Made by a program: the position numbers and the translations under genes
Source: Mustelus asterias
Taxonomy: Eukaryota
Length of the DNA: 64,000 bases
Direction of reading: 5' to 3'
Assembly (NCBI RefSeq): GCF_964213995.1
Contig: NC_135830.1
Coordinates: 12,834,001-12,898,000 of the forward strand
Notes under the pieces: model-generated
What the model was told of the DNA's origin: nothing
What the model saw: only the letters and a program-made list of their open reading frames with translations
Database searches by the model: none
Part shown: positions 13,678-25,414 of the stretch, piece by piece
How the letters are laid out: every line of letters starts with the position of its first letter
Position numbering within the stretch: position 1 is the stretch's first letter

Positions 13678-14915
13678 TGATTGAATTTTTTGAAGCAGTA
13701 ACCAAGAAGGTAGATGAGGGAAATGCAGTTGATGTGGTCTACATGGACTTTAGCAAGGTCTTTGACAAGGCATCAGATAGTAGGTTGTTGCATAAGGTTA
13801 AATCTCACGGGATCCAGGGTGAGCTAGCCAAATGGATACAAAATTCACTTGATGACAGAAGACAGAGGGTAGTTGTGGAGGGTTGTTTTTCAAACTGGAG
13901 GCCTGTGACCAGCGGTGTGCCTCAGGGATCGGTGCTGGGTCCACTGTTATTTGTCATTTATATTAATGATTTGGATGAGAATTTAGTCGGCATGGTTAGT
14001 AAGTTTGCAGATGACACCAAGATTAGTGGCATAGCGGACATTGAAGAAAGTATCTAGGATTGCAACTGGACCTTGATCAATTGGGGCAGTGGACTGACGA
14101 ATGGCAGACGGAGTTTAATTTGGACTAATGCGAGATTATGTATTTTGGTAGATCGAACCAGGGCAGGACTTGCCCAGTTAATGGTAGGGCGTTGGGGAGT
14201 GTTACAGAACAAAGGGATCGATAGGCACAGGTTCATATCTCCTTGAAAGTGGAGTCACGGGTGGACAGAATGGGGAAGAAAGCATTCGGTATGCTTGGTT
14301 TCATTGGTCAGAACGTTGAATACAGGAGCTGGGACATCTTGTTGATGTTCTACAAGACATTGGTAAGGCCACACTTGGAATATTGTGCACAGCCTGGTCA
14401 CCCTCTTGTACAAAGGATATTAATAAAATAGAAAGAGTGCAGAAGAGATTTACTCGGGTCCTACCAGGACTTGATGATTTGAGTTATAAGGAGAGGCTGG
14501 ATAGACTGGGACATTTTTTCTCTGGAGCGGAGGAGCCTTCGGGCTGATCTGATAGAGATCCATAAAACAATGAGGGGCATGGATCATCTAGATAGTCAAT
14601 ATCTTTCCCCAAGGGTAGGGGAGCCTGAAACTAGAGGGCTTAGGTTTAAGGTGAGAGGGGAAAGAACAAAAGGGTCCAGAGGGGCATTTTTTCACACAGA
14701 GGGTGGTGAGCATCTGGAACAAGCTGCCAGAGTTAGTCGTAGAGGAGCGTACAATTGTATCTTTTAAAAAGCGTTCAGAGAGTTACATGGGTAAGATGGC
14801 TATAGAGGGATATGGGCCAAAAATGGGCAATTGGGATTAGCTTAGGGGTTTAAAAAGGGGCGGCATGGACAAGTTGGGCAGTTATTTCCGTGCTGTAAAC
14901 CTCTCTGAGTCTATG
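13678..14915 (+). mobile_element. CR1 LINE fragment shared by both arms (mirror ~45900-47160)
   Basis: ORF 13677..14057 ([23 protein letters not shown]) and 14243..14431 (RPHLEYC). Confidence 0.93.
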
Positions 14916-15351
14916 ACCATTCGGACTTGGCTTCAATTTTGAAGCCTGAAGCCCAGCTTTTGTGGAAAGGGCTCGAACACTGCACCACAAAACTTCCCAA
15001 TCTTTGCTTTAAGCTCGTTCATTTATCATATCTTCCATTTATGATGAACGATTATCTAGGTAAGACGTTAACATTCTTTCCCTGTTCACAGATGCTGCCT
15101 GGCCTGTGTACAGATTTCAGTATTGTCTTCTTTTTTGGTATAATTGTCCTAATTTCTCAACTTCGTCCCAGGATTGATACAGGGATTTATTTCACTAGAG
15201 GTAGCTTGTGGAGGGGCTGGGAGGGAGGCGGTGGATGAAGATTTTTCAGAGTTTCAGGCGCCACAATCTCAACACAAGCTGTGCAGTTGCAATCCACCTG
15301 TGCCATGTTTGTCCTTCCAGGTCCACTGCACATAAGGTCACCGAACTGGGA

Positions 15352-15540
15352 GAAGAGCAAAATACTGTGGATGCTGGAATCTGAACCCAAAACAGAAAAT
15401 TCAGGAAAATTCCAGCAGGTCGAGCAGCGTCTGTGAAGTGGGAACGGAGCCAACGTTTCGAGTCTGGATGACTTTCGTCAGCAGTCAATTCTTTCTCCAC
15501 AGATGCAGTCGGAGATTTTCCAGCAGTTTCTTTTATGTGT
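15352..15540. mobile_element. Fold-back element of the AAAATGCTGG..CAGCAGGTC family with hammerhead core (mirror 45280-45470)
   Basis: Imperfect inverted arms; the minus strand reads CTGACGA-AAGTC-ATCCA-GACTC-GAAACGTT at ~15452-15481. Confidence 0.65.
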
Positions 15541-17749
15541 TGAACTGAGAGGTTAGACTTCAGTGAAGTGATTAAGTGATTCACCGAAACAGGCTGCAGT
15601 ACCAAGGAGGTCTAATCCAGGATATATTGAGTTTGCTCAGAATGGACGCAGAATTGCCGTCCAGTCTCCCAATGCGGGTAAATGTGTCTGAGGAAAATGC
15701 AGAGTTAATAGTTTTGGGAGGCAATGGAAATATTGTTGATGCTAGCTAATAAGTTGTTCAGTAAAAGCAATTGTTTATTTGGAAATCATCTGCCCTCCCG
15801 TCGCTTTGTCATCTAGGATTCCTGAGGCTTGGTAATTCTGGTATGCCAAGAGAAAAGAAGTTAGCAAGATTCAACCAGAGGCTACCGGTGTGATTAAAAC
15901 ATTAACCAAGCTGAGATACCTCCTGTAGTTTCTGCTGCGTTGTGAATATCCCGGATATGATGAACGTGGAAGTGAACAATTTGCAAGCAAAGAGTGGTCA
16001 TGTTAAGTGTTCTTCAAAGAGTGAAAAGAAAAGAAAGTAAAGTTTATTTAATCGTCACAAGTAAAGCTTACATTAACACAGCGATGAAGTTACTGTGAAA
16101 TTCCCCTAGTCGCCACACTTAGGCGCCTGTTCTGGCTAAAGTACCTAACCAGCACATCTTTCAGATACTGACACATCCATTGTTCCTGCTGTAATATAGC
16201 CCTGGCTGGCTGCGTTTTGGGCGGGAGATATTGGGTAAATAATTTTAACACATTTCTCTTCTTTCTTACAGCTAATTTCGTGGCCATTCTGATCCTGTCC
16301 AGAGGGAAGTGCGGACTCTCCAAATGCACCTCTCGTTACCTGTTGGCCATGGCAGTCGCAGATCTATTGGTTATTATCACTGATGTCATATTATTAGAAA
16401 TCAGTTCTGATTATTTCGAAAGGTCTTTCCTGCACATCACCCAGATTTGCAGCACTATCCACGTCCTGACTAATGCAGCCACAGACTGCTCCGTCTGGTT
16501 CACCATCACTTTTTCCTTTGATCGTTTTGTCGCAATTTGCTGTCAGAAGCTGAAACAAAAATATTGCTCTGAGAAAACTGCAGCTGTGGTTCTAGCATCC
16601 ACCTCCATCATGCTATGTTTAAAAAATGTTCCCTTCTACTTTACATTTGAACCTGGGGAGGTAATAGACAATGAATCGTGGTTCTGCAATGATGCTCCAA
16701 GCTATTATACCGAGCCTGGATGGGTTGGATTGGACTGGCTTGATAAAATGTTAACACCATTGCTTCCATTCCCTTTAATTCTATTGCTTAACGCTCTGAC
16801 AGTCAGATACGTTTTAGTGGCCAGTCAACTCCGCAAAGGATTGAGGGGTCAGAGGAAAGGGGAGAATCAAACTGACCTGGAAATTCAAAGCAGAAGGAAG
16901 TCGATGATTTTACTCTTCACCGTATCTGGTACATTCATCCTTCTGTGGTTAATATATTTCATAGATTTTCTATATTACACCTTTTTGGGAATAGATCCCA
17001 ATAATTCTAACGAATCCTTATATATCTTTGGAGAATTTGGGTTCATGCTGCGGACATGAAGTTGCTGCGCAAACACATTTATATATGGGGTGACTCAGTC
17101 CAAGTTCAGAGAACAGTTCAAGAGAACATTGAAATACCCGGTCACATTTGTTATTCGATTGACTAATAAACAAAACAACTGACAGCAGCCAATTTGTGGG
17201 TGTCAATCTGCTTCATTCATAGACTATATATTTATTTTACGACATTCAACAACAGAATGCCAGGAATTGCTGGTGATGAAAAGCTTTCTGAGGTAAAAGA
17301 TCAGAAACTCGGATTAGGACAACAGTGGATGTAAGGGATGGCAATTAAATTCCCCTTCGGCAATATGCAGAAACGAGTTTAAACTTGGCTCTGCAAAGCA
17401 AAGCAAAGGGACCAGGAGGGAGAAAGGTCATGATAATCATCAAAGACCTTGCTGAAAAAGAACAGGACCAATCACTTCTCTTGCTGGAAGCAAAAAGCGT
17501 GTCTTCAAAAAGTGCATAACCAAGGCAAACATGGCAGAATGGCTTGAAGGTTATGCAGATCTGATGAAGATCAACTCCACAATTCCACCGGAAACCACCT
17601 GACTTCAACGACTGCAATAGTCCATCATCTACGCCTCATGGACGAAGAAATCACTTGAACATTTATTCTTCTTACTTTAATTTGGACTTTACGATTACTG
17701 ATTCGTGTGTGTTAACCCACGGAAACAGACTGGGTACTCAGACAAGCAC

Positions 17750-19250
17750 TCAGATCCTGCATTGGACCACCAGGAGGGCGAATTTGCAGGCGTCTTTAAC
17801 ATCTCGTTATACTGACCTGAGGTTCTTACCTGTTTCAAGAACACGGACATAAAATAAGAATTTGGCAGCGTACCTTAATGGCTATCGCCCGGTGGCTCTA
17901 ACATCCATCAGTATGAAGTGCTTCAGAAGGTGACTCGTGTCAGACATCAATTCCAGTCTCGCAGAGTGCCTGGATCCATGACAGTTCGCCTATCTCTGGA
18001 ACAGGTCCACAGCAGAATCCATCTCCCTGGCCCTGCACGTAACCCTGGAACAACTGGACAACAAGGATATTTACGTCAGACTCCTACTTATTGACTACAG
18101 CCCAGGCTTCAACACTATTTTCCCTAGAAAAGCTTATCTCCAAAATCTGTGGCCTGGAGCTCGGCTCCCCTCTCTCTACTTTTGGTGGCACAGTTATCAG
18201 CATTTCTGCCTCACAGCGCCAGAGACCCAAGTGCAATTCCAGCCTTGGTCAACTGTCTGTGTGGAGTTTGTACGTTCTCCCCGTGTTGACATGGGTTTCC
18301 CCCAGGTGCACCGGTTTCCTCCGACAGTCCAAAGATGTGCGAGTAGGTTAATTGGCTATTCTTAATTGTCCCTTAGTGTCAGGAGGGCTAGCAGGGTAAA
18401 TACGTAGGGTTACGGGGATAGGTCCTGGGTGAGATTGTTGTTAGTGCAGGCTCGATGGGCGGAATGGCCTCTTTCTGCACTCCAGCGATTCTATGATTCT
18501 ATGACTGGATCCTAGGCTTCCTAATCCACAGAACACAATAAAAAAGATAGATAATGACACCTCCTCCAGAATTATATTTAACGCCAGTGTCCCGAAAGGC
18601 TGTGTCCTCAGCCCCTTACGATATTGCTGATACACTAACGACTGTGCGGCTAAATTCCGCTCCAGCCCCGTTTTGATGTTTTCTGATGACAGCACCGTAG
18701 TCGGGCGAATTTCCAACAATGATGAGAGGGAGTATAGGAGAGAGATAGAGAATCTGATGAACTTGTGCTCCGACAATAATATCTCCCACAATGTCAGTAA
18801 AACGAAGGAGATAGTCATTGACTTCAGGAAACGTCGTGGGGGGGCATGCCGCTGCTTCAGGTTTCTGGGTGTCCAGATCATCAACAACCTTCCCTGGCCC
18901 TTCCATGCTGACACTCTGGCCAGGAAATCACATTAACGCCTCCGTTCTCAGGAGGCTAAGGAAATTTGCCATACCCGCTACGAATCTCACCAATCTTTAC
19001 CGATGCACCATAGAAGCATCCTCTTCGGATGTATCAAAGCTTAGAATGGCTCCTGCTGTGCCCAAGACCGCAAAAAACAACAAGGGGTTGTGAACGAAGC
19101 CCAGCCCATCACTCAAACCAGCCTCCCATCCATTGACACTGTCTACACTTTGCGCTGCCTCCGCAAAGCAGCCAGCAAATCCCGCTGCCTCGGAAAAGCA
19201 ACGGTTATCCATTGTGCCACTAACCCACATGAAGCAGCCACCGCCCTGCT
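17750..19250 (+). mobile_element. Rex1/Babar-like LINE RT remnant with nested HE1 SINE (mirror 39050-43150)
   Basis: Fragments FSDDSTVVGRISNNDEREYR, KTKEIVIDFRK, LRRLRKF, YRCTIE. Confidence 0.85.
18183..18502 (+). mobile_element. HE1 SINE shared by both arms (mirror 42365-42695)
   Basis: tRNA-like head, V-domain and GATTCTATGATTCTAT tail. Confidence 0.88.
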
Positions 19251-19430
19251 TCTGATTCGAACTTTATTCCACAACCTCAGCTGGGTATTCAGGTCAGCTT
19301 CGGAAGAGATGCTGCTGATAAGCTGTTAATTCCCATAAAGTGGAGATGCCGGCGTTGGACTGGGGTGAGCACATTAAGAAGTCTCACAACACCAGGTTAA
19401 AGTCCAACAGGTTTATTTGGTAGCACAAGG

Positions 19431-19465
19431 CACAAGCTTTCGGAACGCTGCTCCATCATCAGGTG
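19431..19465 (-). ncRNA. Minimal hammerhead ribozyme motif (inverted terminus)
   Basis: CAC-CTGATGA-T-GGAGC-AGC-GTTCC-GAAA-GCTT-GTG. Confidence 0.68.
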
Positions 19466-19936
19466 AGTGTTCACAAGCAGGGCATGTAAAGACACAAACT
19501 CAATTTACAACATAATGACAAATACCAGGCAGGAGTATTCTCTTCCTGTTGGGGAACACTTCAGCAGTCATGGGCGTTCAGCCTCTGATCTTCGGGTAAG
19601 CCTTTTCCAAGGATGCCTTCACAAAACACGACAATGCAGGATCGCTGAGCAGAAACTAATAGCCAAGTTCCGCACACATGAGGACGGCCTCAACCGGGAT
19701 CTTGGGTTCATGTCACACTATCTGTAACCCCGACGACTTGCCTGGGCTTGCAAAATCTCATTAACTGTCCTGGCTGGAGACAATACACATCTCTTTAACC
19801 TGTGCTTAACCCTCTCTCCACTCACATTGTATGTACCTTTAAGACGTGATTACCTGTAAAGACTCACATTCCAAATATTATCTTGTAAATTGAGTTTGTG
19901 TCTTTATATGCCCTGTTTGTGAACACAACTCCCACT

Positions 19937-19971
19937 CACCTGATGAAGGAGCAGCGCTCCGAAAGCTTGTG
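19937..19971 (+). ncRNA. Minimal type I hammerhead ribozyme motif in Penelope terminus
   Basis: CAC-CTGATGA-A-GGAGC-AGC-GCTCC-GAAA-GCTT-GTG: stem I CAC/GTG, stem II GGAGC/GCTCC, palindromic AGCT stem III. Confidence 0.75.
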
Positions 19972-20107
19972 GCTTGTGCTACCAAATGAACCTGTTGGAC
20001 TTGAACGTGGTGTTGTGAGACTTCTTACTGTGCAATCCCATGAACCCAGGGCTGGCTATTCAGATCAGCTCCGGGAGAGATGTTTCTGATCATCAGCCAC
20101 GACCCAC

Positions 20108-20610
20108 TGACGTCATTCGGACTTCACAGTGACGTCACATGGCCGACAGTGTGACGTTACATATGCTCGCTTTCTGACGTCACAATACTCGATGCTCTGA
20201 CGTTGGGCGGCATGTTGGCACAGTGGTTAGCACTGCTCCCTCACAGGCAGGGACCCGGGTTCAATTCCAGCCTTGGGTCACTCTCTGCGTGGAGTTTACA
20301 CATTCTCCCTGTGCCTGCATGGGTTCCCTCCGGTGTTCCGGTTTCCTCCCACACTCCAAGGATGTGCAGGTTAGGTTGATTGGCCATGGTGAATTGGCCC
20401 CTAGTGTCAGGGTGATTAGCGGCGTAAATATGTGTAGTTAAGGGGAGGGGGCGTGAGTGGTACTGTGGTCGGTGCACGTTCAATGGCCGAATGGTGTCCT
20501 TCTGCACTGTCGGGATTCTATGATTCTGTGACGTTCAATGCCGGATGCTCTGACGTCAGAATGCCGGATGTTCTGACGTCACACTACCGGATGTTCTGTC
20601 GCATGCGCAC
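20108..20610 (+). promoter_or_regulatory. Phased CRE (TGACGTCA)/ETS array upstream of a TCR V leader, split by an HE1 SINE
   Basis: TGACGT at 20108, 20130, 20152, 20175, 20198 and 20529, 20551, 20574 (22-23-bp period); three CCGGATG motifs; GCATGCGC at ~20601. Confidence 0.7.
20205..20528 (+). mobile_element. HE1 SINE
   Basis: Typical head, V-domain and tail; flanked by a TGACGTT duplication. Confidence 0.9.
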
Positions 20611-20750
20611 TCTCCTCCCCCACACTATCAATGCTGAAGCTCCCTCACGGCTTCACTTTGTGATCACAAGTCCCAGCGACCCGGCTCACACAGCCATTGT
20701 GTGACTGGTTTGGTGCTCGGTTTGATATCCATAAGTCGATAGGATCCAAC

Positions 20751-22912
20751 ATGTTTCTGAGCTTCACTTTTGTGATTATTTTCCTGGATTTCTTACTGTT
20801 CTCTCAGTCTAAGTGTGGTCACAATATCTGACAGGAATATTTCACACCTCAGCAATGTTATGTTCTGTTAAATTGTACTCAGCTTGATTGTATTATCTCG
20901 AATTGTGAATACAATTGTACTTCATTGTGCGACATTATATTACGATATGTTATTACTGCAAATGTACATATTCTTCCCAGATGCCGCTGGCAGTGAAGAG
21001 CTATCACAATCTCCGGAGTGAGTGGTTGTTACCGAGGGAGCCACTGCATCGTTGACCTGTTCAACCACAGTAGCTGGACAAGTCCTACAATGGTGCAGAC
21101 AAAATCCTGACAGAACCATAGAAACCATAGAAAATTACAGCTCAGAAACAGGCCTTTTGGCCCTTCCTGTCTGTGCCGAACCATTTTATGCCTAGTCCCA
21201 CTGACCTGCACTTGGACCATATCCCTCCACACCCCTCTCATCCATGAACCCGTCCAAGATTTTCTTAAATGTTAAAAGTGACCCCGCATTTACCACTTTA
21301 TCCGGCAGCTCATTCCACACTCCCACCACTCTCTGCGTGAAGAAGCCCCCCCCCTAATATTCCCTTTAAACTTTTCTCCTTTCACCCTTAACCCATGCCC
21401 TCTGGTTTTTTTCTCCCCTAGCCTCAGCGGAAAAAGCCTGCTTGCATTCACTCTATCTATACCCATCAAAATCTTATACAACTCTATCAAATCTCCCCTC
21501 AATCTTCTACGCTCCAGGGAATAAAGTCCCAACCTATTCAATCTCTCTCTGTAACTCAGCTTCTCAAGTCCCGGCAACATACTTGTGAACCTTCTCTGCA
21601 CTCTTTCAATCTTATTTACATCCTTCCTGTAACTAGGTGACCAAAACTGTACACAATACTCCAAATTCGGCCTCACCAATGACTTATATAACCCTACCAT
21701 AACACTCCACCTTTTATACTCGATACTCCGATTTATAAAGGCCAATGTACCAAAGGCACTCTTTACGACCCTATCCACCTGTGACGTCACTTTTAGGGAA
21801 TTCTGTACTTGTATTCCCAGATCCCTCTGTTCAACTGCACTCTTCAGAGTCCTACCATTTACCCAGTACGTTCTTCTTTGGTTTGTCCTTCCAAAGTCCA
21901 ATATCTCACACTTGTCTGCGTTAAATTCCATTTGCCATTTTTCAGCCCATTTTTCTAGTTGGTCCAAATCCCTCTGCAAGCTTTGAAAACCTTCCTCACT
22001 GTCCACTACACCTCCAATCTTTGTATCATCAGCAAACTTGCTGATCCAATTGACCACATTATCATCCAGATCATTGATATAGATGACAAACAACAATGGA
22101 CCCAACACCGATCCGTGCGGCACACCACTAGTCACAGGCCTCCACTCAGAGAAGCAATCCTCCACAACCACTCTCTGGCTTCTTCCATTGAGCCAATGTC
22201 TTATCCAATTTACTACCTCCCCATGTATACCGAGCGACTGAACCTTCCGAACTAACCTCCCATGAGGGACCTTGTCAAAGGCCTTGCTGAAAGCCAGGTA
22301 GACAACATCCACCGCCTTCCCTTCATCCACTTTCCTGGTAACCTCCTCGAAAAACTCTAATAGATTGGTCAAACATGACCTAACACGCACAAAGCCATGT
22401 TGACTCTCCCTAATAAGTCCCTTTCTATCCAAATATTTGTAGATCCTATCCCTTATCACACCTTCCAATAACTTGCCCACTATCGACGTCAAACTTACTG
22501 GCCGATAATTTCCCGGATTTCTTTTGGAACCTTTTTTAAACAACGGAACAACATGAGCCACCCTCCAATCATCCGGCACCTCCCCCGTGAATACTGACAT
22601 TTTAAATATGTCTGCCAGGGCCCCTGCAAGTTCAACGCTAGCTTCCCTCAAGGTCCGTGGGAATACCCTGTCCGGTCCTGGGGATTTATCCACTCTGATT
22701 TGCCTCAAGACAGCGAGCACCTCCTCCCCTTTAATCTGTAAAGGTTCCTGCAGCACCTGGTGAGCGATCAGGGCAGGATCACGGCTCGATACAGTTTCGC
22801 AGAGAAACGCAGTGTTCTGAATGTCAGTGAACTGGACTGACAGACACCGCTACCTAGTTCTGTGCGATGGAGGCACAGTGGAGCAAAAACCATTTGGGGC
22901 TGTACAAAAACC
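20751..22912 (+). pseudogene. TCR V-alpha/delta pseudogene interrupted by CR1 (leader ~20751-20810; V 20981-21117 + ~22749-22873; RSS 22874-22912)
   Basis: Leader MFLSFTFVIIFLDFLLFSQ with mutated donor; V reads ELSQSPE*VVVTEGATASLTCSTTVAGQVLQWCRQNPDRT/LQHLVSDQGRITARYSFAEKRSVLNVSEL..TDTAT*FCAME; CACAGTG-23-ACAAAAACC. Confidence 0.88.
21118..22748 (-). mobile_element. Young CR1 LINE 3' part with long open RT frame
   Basis: ORF 21290..22756, 488 aa, with NYRPVSLTS, GVPHGSVLGP, KFADD; repeated TTTCTATGG-type tail. Confidence 0.95.
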
Positions 22913-23103
22913 TGCTGCGATCATCCGAAAGCTGTATAGTCTGTGTCGAGAGCAGGGGATTTAATCACTCCCTTTTTTGGATACGCACCACAGTCACCCT
23001 ATCAGTGAGATCTGTTCCTGATTTGGGGTTACTCTTTGATATCAAGAGAAGGGACAAAATACATTTAAATTCGGTTGTTTTCTGTGGAAATGTCATCCGG
23101 GAA

Positions 23104-23480
23104 ACACGTGTTCCATGGTGCTTCCAGATTGAAATAACCGTGCTATTCGGTAAGTTAATATTCAAATAATCCTTATCTATTTCCTGTGATGGATCCAATT
23201 CCAGTCTGTTTGGTTGCAGGGACGAGTGACACACGTTGAATTTCCCAGAATCCATTAGAGTTGAAGGCTCTGGAGGGACAGACAGTAACGTTAAGGGACA
23301 GCCACGCCATATCTGGAAGCTTTCTGTATCAATCTAGACAGAGCAGTATTCTGGGTAAGTTACAGAATGTTTCATGAGGAAGTAGAGGCCCAGACATTGA
23401 GATAAGCCCCAAGATATTTCCGACCGGTTCGCTGTTGATTTGAACGAACAAAGGCAACAATGCACCTGTTCGATAAATAA
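23104..23480 (+). pseudogene. Degraded TCR V relic (leader ending 23149; V exon from 23220)
   Basis: ..PWCFQIEITVLFG|GTAAGT, 70-nt intron, TTGCAG|GTSDTR*ISQNPLELKALEGQTVTL...DISDRFAVDLNEQ; no RSS seen. Confidence 0.65.
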
Positions 23481-24079
23481 ACGACGAAGTCATCCCACTT
23501 TCACAGAAAAGTGGACAGGGATCGATAAATGTCAGTTATTGCATTGCTATTTGTTACCATCTGGAGTAGGGCGCCGCAAACTACAAGGGAAGAGCATTCA
23601 ATAGTAAATTTCAAAATGAATTGTCAGACCTTGAGAACGGAATGCGTGGTGAAAAGGACAATTGGGAACGACCTTTCATAGAGCCACAGGGAGAGTCAAT
23701 TGTTTCTGATCCATTCACGCCCGTCCGTCACTATTTCTTTCTCAGTCACTTGAGCAGTGACCAGATGCAGGCTTGTCACCAACTGCTGCAAATTCAGCCG
23801 TCGCTATTTCCACTGCCGCTGAGAACTTTGCATTTTCATCAGCTTTGAGTCTGCGGTGTCCCCGGCCACAGCTTCCGTTTGCTGTTCTCACTCGAACACC
23901 ATTGTGAGTTTCTAGACATTGCTGTCGCTGGTTAATTTCTGTCATTGGTTAGATCAGCAGCGCAACTTTTAAGTGTATTTATTAGTGTCGCGAGTGGGCT
24001 TACATTAACACTGCAATGAAATTATTGTGGAAATCACCTAGTCGCCACACTACGGCGCCTGTTCTGGTCAATGCACCAA

Positions 24080-24240
24080 CCAACACGTCTTTCAGTCTGT
24101 GGGAGGAAATCAGGGCACCAGGAGGAAACCCACACAGACACGCGGAGAACATGCAGACTCCGCACAGACCATGACCGAAGCTTGGAATCGAACCCTGATC
24201 CCTGGCACTGTGAGGCAGCACTACGAACCACTGTGCCACA
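24080..24240 (-). mobile_element. HE1-related SINE head
   Basis: GTGGCACAGTGGTTCGTAGTGCTGCCTCACAG...GGTTCGATTCC and V-domain on the minus strand. Confidence 0.8.
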
Positions 24241-24793
24241 ATAACATAATAATTAACCAGCAGAACCACAGGCTTCCTCTGGAAATTGATCTATTTTTAA
24301 ATTAATTTGATTCCAAAAACTGGGCAAACCTCCTTTTGAAGCACCTCCCGATCCCGAAATCTCTAATATCTGGAAGGACAGGGGTAGCAGACACAAGGGG
24401 ACATCACCTCCGGTCACACACCATTCTGACTTGGAAATGTATCGCCATTCCTTTAGATATGCTGGGTGCGAAAACCCTTCAAATCACTTTACGAATAATA
24501 CCTTTAAGATTTTGTGTAGCGGGCAAAAGACTAGAAATGTGAGGAAGCAAAAGTGCAAGAAAGTGAGAAATAAAGATTTCAAAATGCAAACTAAAAAGGT
24601 ACGAACAAAATATAAAGAAATCCATAAATAAAGGGAAATGCATTTCCTCTCAACTGACTCGCATTTCCATTGCGTCTATTTGCAGTGCTATATTGTTTGA
24701 AACACATCTCTCAAAAGAAAACCACTGGAAAATGTATCATTGACGACCTTGCACATTTTTGGTGATCGGGACAGTGTACAGTTCCCTGACTCA

Positions 24794-24809
24794 CCGTCAG
24801 AGGGCGCTG
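24794..24809 (+). promoter_or_regulatory. Candidate CTCF site
   Basis: CCGTCAGAGGGCGCTG, close to the CTCF core CCACCAG(A/G)GGGCGC. Confidence 0.45.
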
Positions 24810-25194
24810 TCATCGCATGTTTCTCCTCGTTCCCAACCGGGAATTACTGAAAAAAGTTTCGTGGAGCGATTCCCAGTGGCAGCCGCACCCGGAGCCTTAT
24901 TTCACTGCTCAGCCTCTGATCCGCCTTACCCGCCCTTGTATTATTTAAGATGATGCCGCCGATGTCCACTATTCAGTACTGGTTATATCAGCAATGTGCT
25001 GGGCCGGGAATCTGTATTCCCGCTCCCGCAGAAGATTCCCGAATCTGCGGAGTTACAGACTGACATAAAGGGAAGCGGAACCACAGTTCATCGCTTTTCA
25101 TCATGATCATTATTCGTCAGCACGTTTTCCCAGTTATAAATATCTGTTGTCCTCCTGACTGCTGTCACTCAAATCTTACTGTCGCGAAAGAATG

Positions 25195-25412
25195 ATGACT
25201 TATTTGTTAAAAGCAAATTTCTGCGGATGCTGGAACCTGAACCCAAAAGGGAAAACGTTGGAAACTCTCAGCAGGTCTGGCAGCATCAGTAAGGAGAGAA
25301 AAGAGCTGATGTTTCAATTCCAGATGACCCTTTGACAAAGCTTTATAGTCAGATCTTTTCTCTCTTACACATGCGGCCAGACCTGCTGAGATTTTCCATG
25401 ACTTATTTGTTA
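25195..25412. mobile_element. Fold-back short element with 15-bp TSD
   Basis: ATGACTTATTTGTTA at 25195-25209 and 25398-25412; internal inverted arms CTCAGCAGGTCTGGC/GCCAGACCTGCTGAG. Confidence 0.8.
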
Positions 25413-25414
25413 TT

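Larger units (their letters stand above)
8525..17182 (+). pseudogene. GPR139/GPR142-like class A GPCR pseudogene; exons 8525-8590 and 16272-17182
   Basis: Exon 1 is 66 nt versus 67 nt in the intact paralog (frameshift) and ends CCTG|GTAAGT. Exon 2 follows CTTACAG and has a premature TGA at 17057-17059 (TTA in the paralog); the frame continues to the original stop at 17180-17182. Confidence 0.88.
1..19180 (+). repeat. Left arm of ~19-kb inverted segmental duplication (runs off window start)
   Basis: Position 1 GTCCAATAATTTCAACC is the reverse complement of 58985-59001. Collinear mirrored sequence continues through the tRNA array, GPCR exons and shared LINEs to ~19180/39310. Confidence 0.95.
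19340..20040 (+). mobile_element. Penelope-like element remnant with inverted termini
   Basis: GIY-YIG C-terminal peptide LPVGEHFS...AEQKLIAKFRTHEDGLNRD (19467..19727); 19362-19470 is the reverse complement of 19932-20040. Confidence 0.88.
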
